Assembly: GCA_034722055.1 (NCBI GenBank)
Contig: JAYENL010000252.1
Location: 1 to 23,855 of the forward strand
Length of the DNA stretch: 23,855 nt
From: Armatimonadota bacterium
Lineage (GTDB): Bacteria > Armatimonadota > Zipacnadia > Zipacnadales > UBA5352
Reading direction: 5' to 3'
Below are positions 14,968 through 23,840 of this stretch, one piece after another. A program made the position numbers and the translations under genes. The stretch's first letter is position 1; each line of letters opens with the position of its first letter. The notes beneath the pieces are model-generated. The model was given only the letters and a program-made list of their open reading frames with translations. It searched no databases and had not been told where the DNA came from.

Positions 14968-17262
14968 ATGAGAACTTCGGCCGTCATCGCAGTGCTCGCC
15001 GCGCTGATTTGGTCCACGGGGTGTGCATCGCCCATGACCCTGGCAACGGATGGAGAGACCGACTGTGTCATCGTGCTGGCCGAGGACGCCGGCGCGCCGC
15101 AGCGCACCGCGGCGGAGGAGCTGCAGCACTTCCTGCAGCAGGTGACGGGCGCGGAGTTCTCGCTGGTCGCTCCGGGCGACGCGCGCGAGGACGCGCCCGC
15201 CATCGTCGTGGGGCCCAACGAGCTCTTCGCCGCGGCCTGCCCGGACATCGACCTGGCGGACCTGGAGCACGACGGGATCGTGATGCGCACGATCGGCGAT
15301 GACCTCTATCTGGCCGGCGATCCGCCGCGCGGCACGCTCTACGCCGTGTACACCTTCCTGGAGGACGTGGTGGGCTGCCGCTGGTGGTCGTCCACGGAGA
15401 GCTTCATCCCGGAGAGGCCCACGCTCGAGATCGGCGAGCTGAACACCGTCCACGTCCCCCCGCTACAGTATCGAGAGGCCTTCTACCGGGACGCCTTCGA
15501 CGGCGTCTTCGCCCCGCGGCTGAAGATCAACGGGCACTTCGAGCGCATCCCGCCCGAGCGCGGCGGGCACTACCGGATCATCGGCTGGTGCCACACCTTC
15601 TACGCTCTGATCCCGCCCCAGCAGTACTTCGACGAGCACCCCGAGTGGTTCAGCGAGATCAACGGGGAGCGGACCGCTGAGCGAGCCCAGCTCTGCCTCA
15701 CGAATGAGCAGATGCGCGCGGAGCTGGTGCGCAACGCGCTGGCCTGGATCGCCGACAATCCCGATGCGGGCATCATCTCCATCAGTCAGAATGACTGCCA
15801 TAACCCCTGCCAGTGCGAGGCCTGCAGGGCGCTGGAGGAGCGGGAGGGCTCGCCGGCCGGGCCGCTGATCCACTTCGTCAACGCCGTGGCCGAGGAGATC
15901 GAGAAGCAGTATCCGGATGTGCTGGTAGAGACCCTGGCCTACACGTATACCCGCAACCCGCCACTGCACGTGCGGCCGCGCGAGAACGTCGTCGTTCGCC
16001 TGTGCACAATCGAGTGCTCCTTCTCGCAGCCGCTGGCGACCGGGGAGCACAACGAGCAGTTCCGCGAGGATATCGAGGGCTGGAGTGGCATCGCGCCGCG
16101 GCTCTACATTTGGAACTATGTGACCAACTTCCGCAGCTACATTCTGCCCCATCCCAATCTGCGGGTGTTAGCGCCGAACATCCACTTCTTCGTGGAGAAC
16201 AACGCGGTGGCCCTGTTCGAGCAGGGGGACTCGGGCTGCTCCTGCAGCGACTTCCCGGAACTGCGGGCGTGGCTGCTGGCACACCTGATGTGGGATCCCT
16301 CGCGCGACGCCGACGCCCTGATCGACCAGTTCCTGGAGGGCTACTACGGAGCGGCCGCGGAGCCGCTGCGCCAGTACATCGACCTCATCCACGACGCCGC
16401 GGAGCGCTCCGGGGTCTATCTGCGCTGCTACATGGCGGACACCTCAGCCTGGCTGACGGTGGAGGACATTGCGCGCGCGATCGGACTCTTCGAGGACGCC
16501 ATGCGCCGCGTCGAGGATGAGCCGGAGCTGAGCAGGCGTGTGCGGCGCGCGCGGATGCCGCTGGATCACGTGCGGCTGCTGCGGACCCACAGCCTCAAGC
16601 GGGCGGCGAGGCTCGGCGGTGAGGTGGCCGCCTCGGCGGTGCTGCCGGACGACCCGGTTGCGTTCTGCGAGGACTTCATCGAGGCCGCCCACGACTTCGA
16701 TGTGGGCAACTACCGCGAGGGGCGCCCCTTCACCGACTACGAGCCGAAGCTGCGGGGCCTCATCCAGGCCGCCGCCGGGGCTCCCCCACCGCCACCGGAG
16801 ATGTGCGAGGGCCTGCCCGAGGACCGCTGGGTGGTGCTGGAGGACGCCGAGTTCCGGCTGTACGGTGAGGGCAGGTGGGTGTCGATCGTCGATGACCAGG
16901 AGGCCGCCGACGGCCGGGCGGCCCGCATGCCGGCGAATCACCACGAGTGGGCCACGCAGTGCCCGATACCCGCTGAGATCGCCAGCGCCGGTCCGTGGCA
17001 CTGCTACGCCCGAGTCCGCTGCGAGGCGAAGGCCGAGGAGGGCGCCGGCTTCACGTGCGGCATCTACGACGCCGCTGCAGGCCAGGGCGTGGTGCATAGG
17101 GAGGTATCCATCCCAGAAGCGGGCGAGGGATACCAGGTACATGACCTGGGGGAGCACGATCTGACGCCCAACGTGTACTTCTGGTTCGCCCCCTGCCGCA
17201 ATCCAGAGGAGGTGGAGGCGGTGTGCATCGACCGCATCTTCCTGGTGCGCGAAGCGCAGTAG
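14968..17262 (+). CDS. DUF4838-type secreted protein (putative glycoside-hydrolase-like) with a C-terminal accessory domain
   Basis: Signal peptide, AAEELQHFLQQVTGA, RGTLYAVYTFLEDVVGCRWW, CHTF, HPEWFS, QLCLTN, SISQND..CQCEAC, TLAY and LMWDP. A Pro-rich linker precedes the C-terminal domain. Family assignment is from motif recall, not a search. Confidence 0.8.
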   Translation: MRTSAVIAVLAALIWSTGCASPMTLATDGETDCVIVLAEDAGAPQRTAAEELQHFLQQVTGAEFSLVAPGDAREDAPAIVVGPNELFAAACPDIDLADLEHDGIVMRTIGDDLYLAGDPPRGTLYAVYTFLEDVVGCRWWSSTESFIPERPTLEIGELNTVHVPPLQYREAFYRDAFDGVFAPRLKINGHFERIPPERGGHYRIIGWCHTFYALIPPQQYFDEHPEWFSEINGERTAERAQLCLTNEQMRAELVRNALAWIADNPDAGIISISQNDCHNPCQCEACRALEEREGSPAGPLIHFVNAVAEEIEKQYPDVLVETLAYTYTRNPPLHVRPRENVVVRLCTIECSFSQPLATGEHNEQFREDIEGWSGIAPRLYIWNYVTNFRSYILPHPNLRVLAPNIHFFVENNAVALFEQGDSGCSCSDFPELRAWLLAHLMWDPSRDADALIDQFLEGYYGAAAEPLRQYIDLIHDAAERSGVYLRCYMADTSAWLTVEDIARAIGLFEDAMRRVEDEPELSRRVRRARMPLDHVRLLRTHSLKRAARLGGEVAASAVLPDDPVAFCEDFIEAAHDFDVGNYREGRPFTDYEPKLRGLIQAAAGAPPPPPEMCEGLPEDRWVVLEDAEFRLYGEGRWVSIVDDQEAADGRAARMPANHHEWATQCPIPAEIASAGPWHCYARVRCEAKAEEGAGFTCGIYDAAAGQGVVHREVSIPEAGEGYQVHDLGEHDLTPNVYFWFAPCRNPEEVEAVCIDRIFLVREAQ

Positions 17263-17280
17263 GGGCGCCCTTGAACGACA

Positions 17281-17598
17281 ATCGCCCTGCGGGCGATGGC
17301 AGGCTGGAAGCTTGCCCCGCGCGTCTCTCTGATGGCGGGCGGGAAGCCCGCCCCGCGGGGTCCCTGGGGCCGCCGTAAGCCAGGTCAGTACTGGGGCGCG
17401 GGCGCCCTCGCCCGCGCGTCGTTTGACTGAGGCGGTCCACGGATTGAGTGGCGCTGCGCGCCACAAGCCGGGGAGGGCCCCGGCTCCCCAAGGATGAAAT
17501 GGGTCGGCGAGGGTGCGGGCCTCCCAAGGATGACACACGCGTCGGCCCCGGCTTCCCAGGACGGGATACCCATTCTTGCTGGGGCGCGGGCTTCCCAG
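17281..17598. repeat. Mosaic cluster of about 7 REP-like palindromic units
   Basis: gatggcaggctggaagcttgccccgc and gatggcgggcgggaagcccgccccgc; two units ending cccaaggatga; ctggggcgcgggc present twice. Confidence 0.75.
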
Positions 17599-17661
17599 AG
17601 CGAGATAGCGGTCCTTGCGTTCTGCCGACAGTAGGGATTCGCACCTATCTGCACGCCGGGT

Positions 17662-17691
17662 TTGACACGCCCAAGCGGGCCGGATTATAAT
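17662..17691 (+). promoter_or_regulatory. Consensus sigma-70 promoter
   Basis: TTGACA (17662-17667), 18-bp spacer, TATAAT (17686-17691). Both hexamers are perfect in a GC-rich background. Confidence 0.8.
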
Positions 17692-17756
17692 ATGTCAAAC
17701 TTCCGAACACGAGGCCCGTCGCGCTCGCGGCGGGCCTGTTAGTACGCGCAGAGATG

Positions 17757-17774
17757 ACACTCTTTTAAGAGTGT
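17757..17774. promoter_or_regulatory. Palindromic operator candidate
   Basis: ACACTCTT-tt-AAGAGTGT, an AT-rich perfect 8-bp inverted repeat in the leader. Confidence 0.5.
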
Positions 17775-17819
17775 TCCCCGCTCGGCTGGACGGGACAGTC
17801 GGCCTGCTATCCCACAAGG

Positions 17820-18101
17820 ATGGGCGGCGCATTGGCGATGGAATCGAGGGCGAGGCCGGTGGTGGCTGGCATTGAGGCGATCGCGGCGGCCGCCACCGTC
17901 GGTCTCATGGCGTGGTATACGATTGCACAGCAGTCGGAGCTGATCACGCGGATGCAGGCCTATGACGAGAGCGGGGTGGGAGTGATTACCATCGTGGCGG
18001 TGCTGGCGGCGGGCGGGCTGCTGTCCTTCGCGTTTGAGAAGGCCGAGGAGGCCGCCGAAGCCTGGCGACACCCCTCCGGCAAGAGGGGAGCGGACGACTG
18101 A
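17820..18101 (+). CDS. Small hypothetical membrane protein with two predicted TM helices
   Basis: Two hydrophobic stretches. The stop lies 2 nt before the TauE start. The start is uncertain (17820 or 17838). Confidence 0.6.
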   Translation: MGGALAMESRARPVVAGIEAIAAAATVGLMAWYTIAQQSELITRMQAYDESGVGVITIVAVLAAGGLLSFAFEKAEEAAEAWRHPSGKRGADD

Positions 18102-18103
18102 CC

Positions 18104-19192
18104 GTGGTGGAGATCGCGGCGGGCGTGACTGCGAACCTCTATCTCCTGGCGGCGCTTGGCCTCGGCGTCGGTCTCATCGCCGGCTTCGCGGGTGTCAGCG
18201 GCGGCTACCTCCTCACCCCCATCCTCATCGTGCTGGGCTTCCCTGCCCCGATCGCGGTGGGCACGGGGCTGGCGCTGATGACGGCCAACACCCTCATCGC
18301 GGTCATCAGACACCGAGAGCTGGGGCACCTGGACCTGAAGATGGGGATCATCCTGGCGGCGGGCACCATGATCGGCGCGGAGGGGGGCGTTCGCCTGCTG
18401 GACTTCACCAAGGGCATCGGCGAGGATGTCGCGAACGTGGCCGTGCTGGCAGCCCTGCTGCTGACGTTGGCCACAGTGGCGATCTCCATGGCGCGGGAGG
18501 TCTGGCACCGTTCCCGGGAGCTGTCGCGGCTCTCGGATGCTGAGCTCGAAAACGACAGCGGCGCCTTGCACACGCCCGCCTGCCACTTCCTGCAGGGCCT
18601 GTGCATCTTCCCCCACATCCGCTTCACGAAGTCGAAGCTGCGCATCTCCGGCTGGATTGTCTTCTTCCTGGGCGCGGCCATCGGTGTTCTTTCGGGCTTC
18701 CTGGGCGTGGGCGGGTGCTTCATGCGCGCGCCGGCGTTGATCTACCTCGTCGGCCAGCCCTCATTGATGGCTGTGGGGACGAACCTGCTAGGGGCCTTCA
18801 TCGGGGTCGCCTTCAGTTGCTTCCGCCACGCCATGCTGGGCCACGTCCATCTGGGCGTGGCCCTGGTCATGCTTCTTGGCACGTCCATCGGCACGCAGAT
18901 CGGCGCCTCCGGGACCTCCTGGCTGAAGGGCCTGGCGGTGCGCTATGTGCTGACCGCCTCGGTGGCGGCGGCGCTCTTCGGACCGGCCTTCAAGATGGCC
19001 TACTTCGTCACCGGCTCGGAGATTGCATGGCTCGACCACACCGCGAAGATCGTGACGGTGGCGCAGATCTTCGTGCCGGTGACCATCATCGTCGGTCTGC
19101 TGGTGATGGCCTTCAGGCACTTCCACGGCAAGGGTGTGCCCCGGTGGGCGCGCCGGCTCATGGCCGGCCGGGAGCACGCTGCCGCGGGATAG
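18104..19192 (+). CDS. Sulfite exporter TauE/SafE (TSUP) family permease
   Basis: Two internal repeats, GLIAGFAGVSGGYLLTP...AVGTGL and GVLSGFLGVGGCFMRAP...AVGTNL, with multiple TM helices. Confidence 0.88.
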   Translation: MVEIAAGVTANLYLLAALGLGVGLIAGFAGVSGGYLLTPILIVLGFPAPIAVGTGLALMTANTLIAVIRHRELGHLDLKMGIILAAGTMIGAEGGVRLLDFTKGIGEDVANVAVLAALLLTLATVAISMAREVWHRSRELSRLSDAELENDSGALHTPACHFLQGLCIFPHIRFTKSKLRISGWIVFFLGAAIGVLSGFLGVGGCFMRAPALIYLVGQPSLMAVGTNLLGAFIGVAFSCFRHAMLGHVHLGVALVMLLGTSIGTQIGASGTSWLKGLAVRYVLTASVAAALFGPAFKMAYFVTGSEIAWLDHTAKIVTVAQIFVPVTIIVGLLVMAFRHFHGKGVPRWARRLMAGREHAAAG

Positions 19193-19290
19193 GGAGGCCG
19201 CCGGGGGGCGCGGTCATGACGCCACGGATGGCATGGGAATTGCAGGCTGGCCCTCGAAGCCGAGGTAATGTAGCTCCGAGGAGGCCGCCG

Positions 19291-20727
19291 ATGCCCAGGC
19301 TTGCCATCCGCCTTGTGGCCACTCTGTGTTCCGCATCGCTGCTCATCGCCCTGGTCGGCTGTGGCGGAGGTGGCCCTGCGCCATCTCCGCCGCCGGGTCC
19401 TCCGTCACAGCCCCCCGTCGAGATCGGCGCCGGGCCCGGCCCGCCTGACGCGACCATCGCCGCCGAGCCGGCCATCGACACCCTCGCGGCCCGCAACGCA
19501 CCCCTGGCATCGGCTCCGGATGCGAGCCACGTGCGCGCCGAGGCCGTCGAGCGCATGCGGCAGTTCGCGGCCGATCCGCCGGACACGGAGGCCGAGCTTC
19601 GCGGCCTGCTGGCGGACTTCACCGGCTGGGCCACTCAGGAGCCCGACGACCCCGTCTCGCAGGCGGGACTCGCCGTGTCGCTGGTGCTGGCCGGCGCCTA
19701 CAACGCCGGCATCGACGCCGGCTACGCCACCGATGACCTCCTGGCGCTGCTCAGTCCGGTGACTGAGCTCGCGCCGGCGGCGTGCTCCGGCGACCCCCGG
19801 CGTCGCGCTCGCAGACTGGTGGAGCTGTGTCTGCCGCGCCTGCCGCTGCCCTCGGGTGCGGCGATCACCACCAGCGCCGACTGGCCGGACCTGACCGATC
19901 CCGCCTTCAGCACCGCGGACGTGCAGGTCGCCGTTCGCAGCTTCCTGCTGCCGATCATCCCCCTGGCGGTGGAACGCCTCAGCGCCGTCGCGGACAACGC
20001 GCCCGACGCACCGCTGATGGAGGACATCGGGGGCGGCAGCATCGTTCGTGCCTACGAGAGCGACGTGCGGGTGGTCATGGGCATGCTGCGGCTGGTGGAG
20101 GCCGGGCTCCTGCAGGCCTGCGCCTTCCAGCTCAACGCCGGCGGATGGGACTGGACGGTCCCCCTCGCCGACCGCGACGGGGACGGCGACGGGCTGCTGA
20201 CGGTCGAGGAGTACCTTCCCGGCGACCCCTTCCTGTGGCGGAAGGACTGCGACAACATGCAGCGGGCCGGTCGCCTGATGCGCAGGAACCTGAGCGCGCT
20301 GGCCTCAGCCATCGAGGACCGCCGGGAGGACTCGCTGACCGCCCGGTGGCTGCCCGATCAGCCAGCGGTGGATGAGGCCGCCGCGCTGCTTCGCGACGCC
20401 CGGGAGCTGATCGCCGGCGAGGTGACCGTCACCCTGACGTGGTCCGCCCCCGGCGGCGCGGCGAGCACGACCACGGTACCGGTCAACCTCCGAACGGTCT
20501 GGGATGACCCCGCCGATGACCTGAAGGACCTGCTGCCGACGCTGGAGGTGGGCGGGAATGCAGCCTGGGAGGCGCTGCCGCGGGATGCCGCTGACTTCCC
20601 GGACCCCTCGCTGGCAGGAATCCTGCCCCAGCCGGGGCCGGTCATCGGCATCCTGTGCGCCGGCCCCGACTACCTGGCGCTCTCCTACGGGGAGATCGAC
20701 GAGCTGGTGCTCGTGGATCAGCGATAG
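19291..20727 (+). CDS. Hypothetical lipoprotein with Pro-rich linker and EF-hand-like Ca2+ loop
   Basis: Start reassigned to ATG 19291 after RBS GAGGAGG. Lipobox LVGC followed by GGGGPAPSPPPGPP; loop DGDGDGLLTVEE. Confidence 0.8.
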   Translation: MPRLAIRLVATLCSASLLIALVGCGGGGPAPSPPPGPPSQPPVEIGAGPGPPDATIAAEPAIDTLAARNAPLASAPDASHVRAEAVERMRQFAADPPDTEAELRGLLADFTGWATQEPDDPVSQAGLAVSLVLAGAYNAGIDAGYATDDLLALLSPVTELAPAACSGDPRRRARRLVELCLPRLPLPSGAAITTSADWPDLTDPAFSTADVQVAVRSFLLPIIPLAVERLSAVADNAPDAPLMEDIGGGSIVRAYESDVRVVMGMLRLVEAGLLQACAFQLNAGGWDWTVPLADRDGDGDGLLTVEEYLPGDPFLWRKDCDNMQRAGRLMRRNLSALASAIEDRREDSLTARWLPDQPAVDEAAALLRDARELIAGEVTVTLTWSAPGGAASTTTVPVNLRTVWDDPADDLKDLLPTLEVGGNAAWEALPRDAADFPDPSLAGILPQPGPVIGILCAGPDYLALSYGEIDELVLVDQR

Positions 20728-20731
20728 CGCC

Positions 20732-22165
20732 ATGAGCAGGAACCCCGCGCTACGGGCGCTGGCGGCGGTCCTGGTGCTCTCGTCGGCCCCGGCCCTGGCC
20801 GGCCCTGCGGAGCTGCTGTGGCGGACAGAGGCGGAGGCCATGGAAGTGGCGGGCAGCCTCGCGCCCCCGGCGATTCTGGACGCCAGCCGCGCGGACTTCC
20901 CCACCAGCCTGGCATCGGAAGAGCGCCCGTCTGTCGAGATACAGGTCCGGGAGAGCATGCCGCTGAGCATGCGCCGGGGGAACGCCGAACGGGGCAGCAT
21001 TCGCAGCGACGGCAGGGAGCTGCGCCTGAGCGTGCCTCTGGCCCAGGATGGCGGCAGCCCATGGCATATCGGCTGGCGGGTCGCTGACGGCGACGAGCGG
21101 TGGTACCGCCGGCTGCGCTGGAATGACACCTCCCTGGACGCCGAGTGGCGCGAGCGCACGCTGGGAGTGGCCTGGAGCAACGATCGCTGGACGCTGGGGG
21201 CCGCGCAGACGCAGGCGGACCTCTCCGGCCGGTTTACAGGCAGGACCGTCGCCAAGCTGCAGCACGTGGGGATGGGGAGAGAGGGCGTGACGCTCGCCGG
21301 GGGCGGCGCTCTCGATACTGTGGCGGTGGAGCATCGCGCGGGGCGGTGGCTGGCGGGCCTGCAGCTCTCCGAGCGCGACGCGAATGCGGGGCTACCGGTG
21401 GTGGCAGAGGGCCGCGACTACCTGGGCGCCTTCACCTACCGGCAGCGGCGCCTCAATGCGTGGCTGACCCTCGGCGACGGCCATGGTCAGTGGTTCGCCT
21501 GGGCCTCCGACAGCTCCCTGGATCCCGGACCGAACGCCATCCTCGCCGGCCGGGCCATCCGGGGACGGATGGAGCTGAGCGCGGGCGCCTCGGCGTTCGG
21601 CGTTGGCCTCCGCCGCGAGCTGCCGGCCGCGACCACCCACCTGGAGCTGAGCCACCACGAGCACGCGCTCGACCTGTCGGGATGGCTCGACCGCGGCGCG
21701 CTGGGCGGGGGGCTGACGGGCCGCTACCGCGCCAAGGCCACGGCTCGCGCGCGGACGTGGGTGGCTCGCGTGGCGCGGGAGCGACGCCACGAGCGATGGC
21801 GCTGGCGGTGGGGGCTCTCCGCGGCGTGGTCGGAGCTGGACATCTACGGCCGCTACGTGGACAGCGCCGGCCCCCTCCGGCGTCCCCTGCACCAGTGGGA
21901 GCAGAAGCTCACGGACGGCGAGGCCTCGCTGGCCGGGGTGACGCTCGGCGCGGGCTACGATGCCGAGGACTGGCGCATCGACGCCACCGGCCTGATGCTG
22001 GCTGGCGACATGTCGGCGCACTTCGAGGACCTCACCGCCACGCCCCCGCCACCACAGCCTCGGTCGGGTCCTGCGCAGTTTCCCACCGAGCCGCTGCCCT
22101 CAGGGCCCGGCGCCCGGCTGAGCCCCGGATGGATCATCACCGTTCGCGTCAGCCACAGCCTGTGA
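20732..22165 (+). CDS. Hypothetical secreted protein, probable outer-membrane beta-barrel
   Basis: Start reassigned to ATG 20732, 4 nt after the upstream stop. Signal peptide ending ALA; Trp/Arg/Gly-rich alternating strands; C-terminal strand WIITVRVSHSL. Confidence 0.7.
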   Translation: MSRNPALRALAAVLVLSSAPALAGPAELLWRTEAEAMEVAGSLAPPAILDASRADFPTSLASEERPSVEIQVRESMPLSMRRGNAERGSIRSDGRELRLSVPLAQDGGSPWHIGWRVADGDERWYRRLRWNDTSLDAEWRERTLGVAWSNDRWTLGAAQTQADLSGRFTGRTVAKLQHVGMGREGVTLAGGGALDTVAVEHRAGRWLAGLQLSERDANAGLPVVAEGRDYLGAFTYRQRRLNAWLTLGDGHGQWFAWASDSSLDPGPNAILAGRAIRGRMELSAGASAFGVGLRRELPAATTHLELSHHEHALDLSGWLDRGALGGGLTGRYRAKATARARTWVARVARERRHERWRWRWGLSAAWSELDIYGRYVDSAGPLRRPLHQWEQKLTDGEASLAGVTLGAGYDAEDWRIDATGLMLAGDMSAHFEDLTATPPPPQPRSGPAQFPTEPLPSGPGARLSPGWIITVRVSHSL

Positions 22166-22284
22166 AGGACCGAACCCTCGCGGCGCGAAACTCTCTTTCT
22201 GGACGCAATAGCCGATGATGCCGCCTGCCCAAGCGCGGCGGCACACGGTCGCGCGAACGCGTCGCGCCGAGAGGATGACCGACG

Positions 22285-23631
22285 GTGGATACCGATATCA
22301 GGCTCGTGGACATGGAGCCGATCTTCGAGGACGAACAGTTCCGCACCCCGCTGAAGTTCGGCACCGGCGTCATCCACGCCATCACCTCGCTGACCGTGAG
22401 GGCGACGGTCGAGAACCGCGCCGGCGACACCGCGCAGGGCCTCGGGAACATCCTCCTCAGCGACATCTGGGGCTATCCCAGCGCCGAGATGTCTCACGAG
22501 GCCCGCGATGAGGCCATGCGGGAGGTGGCGGTGCGCTTCTGCGAGCTGGTCATGGACAACGCCCGCTTCGGGCACCCCATCGACCTCTACCTGGAGGCCA
22601 AGCCGGAGCTGTCGCGCCTCAAGGACGAGGTGGGCGAGGAGCTGGAGGTCGCCACGCCGATGCCGCTGCTGGGCGCGCTGGTGTGTGCCTCGCCGGCCGA
22701 CGCCGCGCTGCACGACGCCTTCGGCAAGGTCAACGGAATCTGCAGCTATGACGGCTACGGGCCGGACTTCATGGACCACGACCTGTCGCGCTACCTCGGC
22801 GACGAGTTCCAGGGCAAGTACGTTGAGGACTACATCCACGACGCCTACAAGCCGGAGATGCCCATCTTCCACCTCGTGGGCGGCATGGACAAGCTCCGGG
22901 GGGAGGAGGTCACCGACGACGACCCCGAAGACGGCCTGCCGGTCAGCCTCGAGGAGTGGATCGAGTGCGACGGCATCTTCTGCTTCAAGGTCAAGCTATC
23001 GGGCACCGACATCGAGGCCGACGTGGAGCGCACCGTCGAGGTCGCCGAGGTCATCGACGAGAGCCGGGCGCACATGGGGGCCGAGCGCTTCTACCTCTCC
23101 ACGGACTCCAACGAGCAGAACGAGTCCCCCGAGACCGTGGTGGAGTACGCGGAGAAGCTGCGCGAGGCCTCGCCCATGGCCTACGAGGCGCTGCTGTACT
23201 TCGAGCAGCCCACCGAACGGGATCTGAGCGTGCATCGCTTCGACATGAGCGAGGTGGCGCGCTACAAGCCGGTGGTGGTGGACGAGGGGGTGACGGACGT
23301 GGAGATGCTGAAGCTGGCCGAGGAGCTGGGCTGGTCGGGCGTGGGGCTGAAGACCTGCAAGGGCCACTCCTCGTCGCTGCTGTATGTGGCCTACGCCAAG
23401 GAGCACGACCTCGTGGTGACTGTACAGGACCTGACCAACCCCGGGCTGTCGCTGATCCACTCGGCGGGGCTGGCGGCGCGCATTGACACCCTCATGGGCG
23501 TGGAGTACAACTCGCGCCAGTACCTCCCATGGGCCGCGCCGGAGCTGCGCGAGAGGCACCCGCATCTGTTCACCGTCAACCGCGGCCGCATCCGGACGGA
23601 GAGCCTGTCGGAGACGGGATTGGGGTATTGA
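22285..23631 (+). CDS. Mandelate racemase/muconate lactonizing enzyme (enolase superfamily) protein
   Basis: N-terminal RTPLKFG, DAALHDAFGK, KxK motif FKVKL, metal-ligand strands DSNE, EQP and DEG, LKTCKG, and C-terminal GLGY. Confidence 0.88.
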   Translation: MDTDIRLVDMEPIFEDEQFRTPLKFGTGVIHAITSLTVRATVENRAGDTAQGLGNILLSDIWGYPSAEMSHEARDEAMREVAVRFCELVMDNARFGHPIDLYLEAKPELSRLKDEVGEELEVATPMPLLGALVCASPADAALHDAFGKVNGICSYDGYGPDFMDHDLSRYLGDEFQGKYVEDYIHDAYKPEMPIFHLVGGMDKLRGEEVTDDDPEDGLPVSLEEWIECDGIFCFKVKLSGTDIEADVERTVEVAEVIDESRAHMGAERFYLSTDSNEQNESPETVVEYAEKLREASPMAYEALLYFEQPTERDLSVHRFDMSEVARYKPVVVDEGVTDVEMLKLAEELGWSGVGLKTCKGHSSSLLYVAYAKEHDLVVTVQDLTNPGLSLIHSAGLAARIDTLMGVEYNSRQYLPWAAPELRERHPHLFTVNRGRIRTESLSETGLGY

Positions 23632-23712
23632 GCCACTTCGGCGGCCCGCGCGACTTGTCATTGCCGTGAGTCGTACGGCTAGCCTTTACCCACAAGTTGC
23701 GGAGGGCTGTTG

Positions 23713-23840
23713 GCCGTGGAGGGGCCGCCTGAGGGCGCTCCTCAGGAGCGCGCGAAGTCGGCCCGCTGCAGGCGAAGTGACGCAATCGGCGGCCTGCGAG
23801 GAGTGAGGCCCGTCAGGGCCGAAGGTTCCACCGCGGCCCA
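23713..23840 (+). repeat. Split REP-like element with a multi-hairpin interior
   Basis: gccgtggaggggccgcc ... aggttccaccgcggccca. Its ends match the reverse complement of 84-168. Confidence 0.65.

Noticed and set aside
22192..22218. Sigma-28 promoter upstream of the enolase-family gene (GCCGATGA)
   Set aside because: No TAAA -35 element at the 15-nt spacing.
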